In this document: positions 17,222 through 19,448 of the stretch, in pieces | Layout of the letters: each line of letters starts with the position of its first letter | How positions within the stretch are numbered: position 1 is the first letter of the stretch | Origin: a bacterium | Lineage (GTDB): Bacteria; Acidobacteriota; Blastocatellia; HR10 | Direction of reading: 5' to 3' | NCBI GenBank assembly: GCA_041640655.1 | Contig: JBEPZV010000039.1 | Coordinates: 1 to 19,448 of the forward strand | DNA length: 19,448 nt | Made by a program: the position numbers and the translations under genes | Notes under the pieces: generated by a model | The model's input: the letters and a program-made list of their open reading frames with translations, nothing else | The model's database searches: none | What the model was told of the DNA's origin: nothing

Positions 17222-17452
17222 ATGCGGGTCCTGAAAATCGGAGCGACGATCATCATCAGCGCTCTCCTTGGCCTCCTCATGGTGGCCTCCGAGCCCATTG
17301 CCAAGCAGGAGTACTCGAAGAAGGAGAAGAAAGCGTGCACCTACTGCCACACGTCGAAGAACCCGAAGGACTATTCGGACAAGGACCTGAATGAGGCGGG
17401 CAAGTACTACAAGGAGAAGAAGACGCTCGAGGGGTACAAGGAGAAGAAGTGA
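17222..17452 (+). CDS. Small exported monoheme c-type cytochrome (76 aa)
   Basis: GGAGGG RBS; 27-aa Sec-type signal ending EPIA; single CTYCH heme motif; heme synthase gene immediately downstream. Confidence 0.85.
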   Translation: MRVLKIGATIIISALLGLLMVASEPIAKQEYSKKEKKACTYCHTSKNPKDYSDKDLNEAGKYYKEKKTLEGYKEKK

Positions 17453-17547
17453 CGAGCGCCGGCGTTGTTCGGACGTGAGCAGCGCGCATAAGAAGTGTCC
17501 GCTCGCCCTGGACGCTTGAGCGGGGAGGCTGCGGGGGGGAGACGGGG

Positions 17548-19056
17548 ATGGGAGCTGAACATTTGTCGAATCGTGCGGAGGCAGCGAGTCGGGGCTCGGC
17601 GAACGGTTGGCCGCGCGGGCTTCTCCTGTATCTGTTGGTGCCAATAGGGGCGGCCGGAGCGTTCGTGTCGCTTCAGTGGCGCGGGGTGATCGCGTCGCCC
17701 GAGAGCGAGACGCCGCTTGTCGTGCTCGCGCTCATTCATTACCTCGGGGCGGCTGTCTTTCATCTGACCTCCCTCTATCAGCGCGATGTACTGCTTGAGC
17801 GGTTGGGGCTCTGGGCGACCGCTCTGGGCCTCGGACTGAATGCGGCGGCGTGGGGAACACGGGGGCTCATCGTCGGCTATTATCCGCTCAGCAATCTCTA
17901 CGACACGGCGCTCTTTTTCGCCTTAGCGACAGCGGCAGCGAGCCTCATCGCGACGTTCTCTTCCGGCCAGCATCTGGTCGGCGCGCTGGCCATGCCGGTA
18001 GCCGTGCTCCTGGTCGTTCTCGGACTCCTCTATGGGAATGAAGCGCAGGACCTTCCTCCAGTGCTCGTCAGCTACTGGCGACCGATCCATGTGACCCTAG
18101 CCATGGCGGGCTATGGCGCGTGCACGGTGAGTTTCGTCACGGCCCTGCTCTATCTGCTGAAAGATCGCGTCCGATTGGAAATGATCGCCGTCTTCGCCCT
18201 GGTGATCCCGATGCTCACGTCCGCGTTCATCTCCGGCGGTTCGGTCCTCAGTCATGGGGTCTTCTTCGTGAAGCTCCTCATGGAGGGGGAGCGGATTCCG
18301 ATGGACCCGGAAGGCCAGGAGTTCTTGCGCGCGAGCATTCCGCATGTGGGAGCGATCTTGCGCGTGGCGTTCATCGCATCGGCGTTCGCCGTGATCGCTT
18401 TCGCGATCTATCTGATCACGGCGCATCCCGTCCTGCGAGCGGTGGGGCATTGGGCGGCTCGCTTCCTTCTGGTGCTGCAAGGCGCGGGCATCTTCGTGCT
18501 TTTCCTGCAGCTTCAGCGCGCGCGCGATGTGGTGGCGCTCATTGATCCCGCGCAGCGGGGGGTGATCCCCGAGCCGTGGCTGCAGCAGTTCGGGAGTCGG
18601 CTGGAGCTGAGGGCGCAGGGGAGCGCGCTGGAGATCGCCGCGCTCTTCGCCGCTTTCGCCCTCACGGGCCTCATCGTCGTCTTCGGGTGGAAGATGGAGC
18701 GGCTCCTGGACGCCATCCCTTCGCTCGAGACCTTGGATCAGCTCACCTATCGGGCGGTGATGCTCGCTTTCCCCCTGCTGACGCTCATGGTGATCACCGG
18801 AGCCGTGTGGGCGAACGAATCCTGGGGCCGGTATTGGGGATGGGACCCCAAGGAGACGTGGGCCCTCATCACCTGGCTCTTTTACGCCACGTTTCTGCAC
18901 ACGCGGATCACGCACGGATGGAGGGGGCGTCGCAGTGCTCTGCTGGCCGTGCTCGGATTCGTCGCCGTCATGTTCACCTATCTCGGCGTGAGCTTTCTCC
19001 TCCCCGGACTGCACTCCTATGCCGGAGGGCCTGGCGTGAGCCCACCGGTGGCGTGA
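17548..19056 (+). CDS. ccsA: System II cytochrome c synthase subunit CcsA/ResC (enlarged)
   Basis: [24 protein letters not shown] motif [31 protein letters not shown]. Confidence 0.92.
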   Translation: MGAEHLSNRAEAASRGSANGWPRGLLLYLLVPIGAAGAFVSLQWRGVIASPESETPLVVLALIHYLGAAVFHLTSLYQRDVLLERLGLWATALGLGLNAAAWGTRGLIVGYYPLSNLYDTALFFALATAAASLIATFSSGQHLVGALAMPVAVLLVVLGLLYGNEAQDLPPVLVSYWRPIHVTLAMAGYGACTVSFVTALLYLLKDRVRLEMIAVFALVIPMLTSAFISGGSVLSHGVFFVKLLMEGERIPMDPEGQEFLRASIPHVGAILRVAFIASAFAVIAFAIYLITAHPVLRAVGHWAARFLLVLQGAGIFVLFLQLQRARDVVALIDPAQRGVIPEPWLQQFGSRLELRAQGSALEIAALFAAFALTGLIVVFGWKMERLLDAIPSLETLDQLTYRAVMLAFPLLTLMVITGAVWANESWGRYWGWDPKETWALITWLFYATFLHTRITHGWRGRRSALLAVLGFVAVMFTYLGVSFLLPGLHSYAGGPGVSPPVA

Positions 19057-19071
19057 ACGGCGCCCGGTCGT

Positions 19072-19448
19072 TCAGAAGCGAGGGTAAATGACGACGCGGC
19101 GGAAGGGGTCTTGCCCCTTGCTCTCAGAGATGAGGCCGTACCGCTGCACCAGCTCGTGTTGCAACCGACGAATGTACGCGTTCTGGGGAGAGAGTTCGAC
19201 CGGCCGCCGATGGGCGAGGACCTCGGCGATGGCTTCCTCAACCTCCTCGAGCGCGCGCTGTTCGTCGGCGGATAACTCCTCTTTCGGCGCCTGCAGGCCG
19301 AATTCTTGCAGGAGGAAATTCTTCACTTGCGTGGTCGTGTGATTCTTGAGGATGACGATGGGGATGTTCCATTGCGCGGCCTCGCGCAGGCGTTGCGCCT
19401 CTCCGCGCGCATGCGACTTGAGCGTGAGGACGACATCGGCCTGTTTCA
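19072..19448 (-). CDS. 3' end of R3H-domain protein, Ycf45/SpoIIIAA-like (partial, runs off window)
   Basis: Frame is open to the window edge: KQADVVLTLKSH..IPIVILKNHTTTQV..ALEEVEEAI..PVELSPQNAYIRRLQHELV..SESKGQDPFRRVVIYP; R-x3-H motif. The AAA domain itself is not visible. Confidence 0.8.
   Translation of the reverse strand, partial: KQADVVLTLKSHARGEAQRLREAAQWNIPIVILKNHTTTQVKNFLLQEFGLQAPKEELSADEQRALEEVEEAIAEVLAHRRPVELSPQNAYIRRLQHELVQRYGLISESKGQDPFRRVVIYPRF

Noticed and set aside
17222..17452. Concluding iron oxidation from the Cyc2-like motif
   Set aside because: There is no porin domain or neighbouring porin gene, and the similarity is by eye over a short motif.
1..19448. CRISPR arrays, tRNA/rRNA, transposases, integrases, known riboswitches
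   Set aside because: No regularly spaced repeats, cloverleafs, mobile-element motifs or riboswitch consensus sequences were recognised by eye.

Overview
GC-rich bacterial DNA with almost all genes on the + strand. The secretin, lipoprotein and TonB-domain genes indicate a diderm; the gene content looks Acidobacteriota/Blastocatellia-like, which is inference only. Positions 1-8757 are the 3' part of a Tad/Flp (type IVc) pilus operon: end of a probable TadE-like gene, cpaB, cpaC, cpaE, cpaF, tadB, tadC, an unannotated 46-aa membrane peptide, a DUF192 protein and a TadD-like TPR lipoprotein. Positions 9053-14087 are a mixed operon: YegS/DAG-kinase family, YgfZ/GcvT family, Nramp-like transporter, and an O-antigen-ligase-family protein with a PDZ domain inserted. 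Next come a TPR-TonB_C protein and a degenerate-FHA/TM/trypsin-like protease. A consensus sigma-54 promoter then precedes a 76-aa Lys-rich monoheme cytochrome c, which resembles a stand-alone Cyc2-type heme module, and an enlarged CcsA/ResC heme synthase. The window ends in the 3' end of a minus-strand R3H-domain (Ycf45-like) gene. The best novelty candidates are the sigma-54/mini-cytochrome/enlarged CcsA module, the PDZ-containing ligase and the small Tad-operon peptide. All family calls come from motif recognition by eye; no searches were run.
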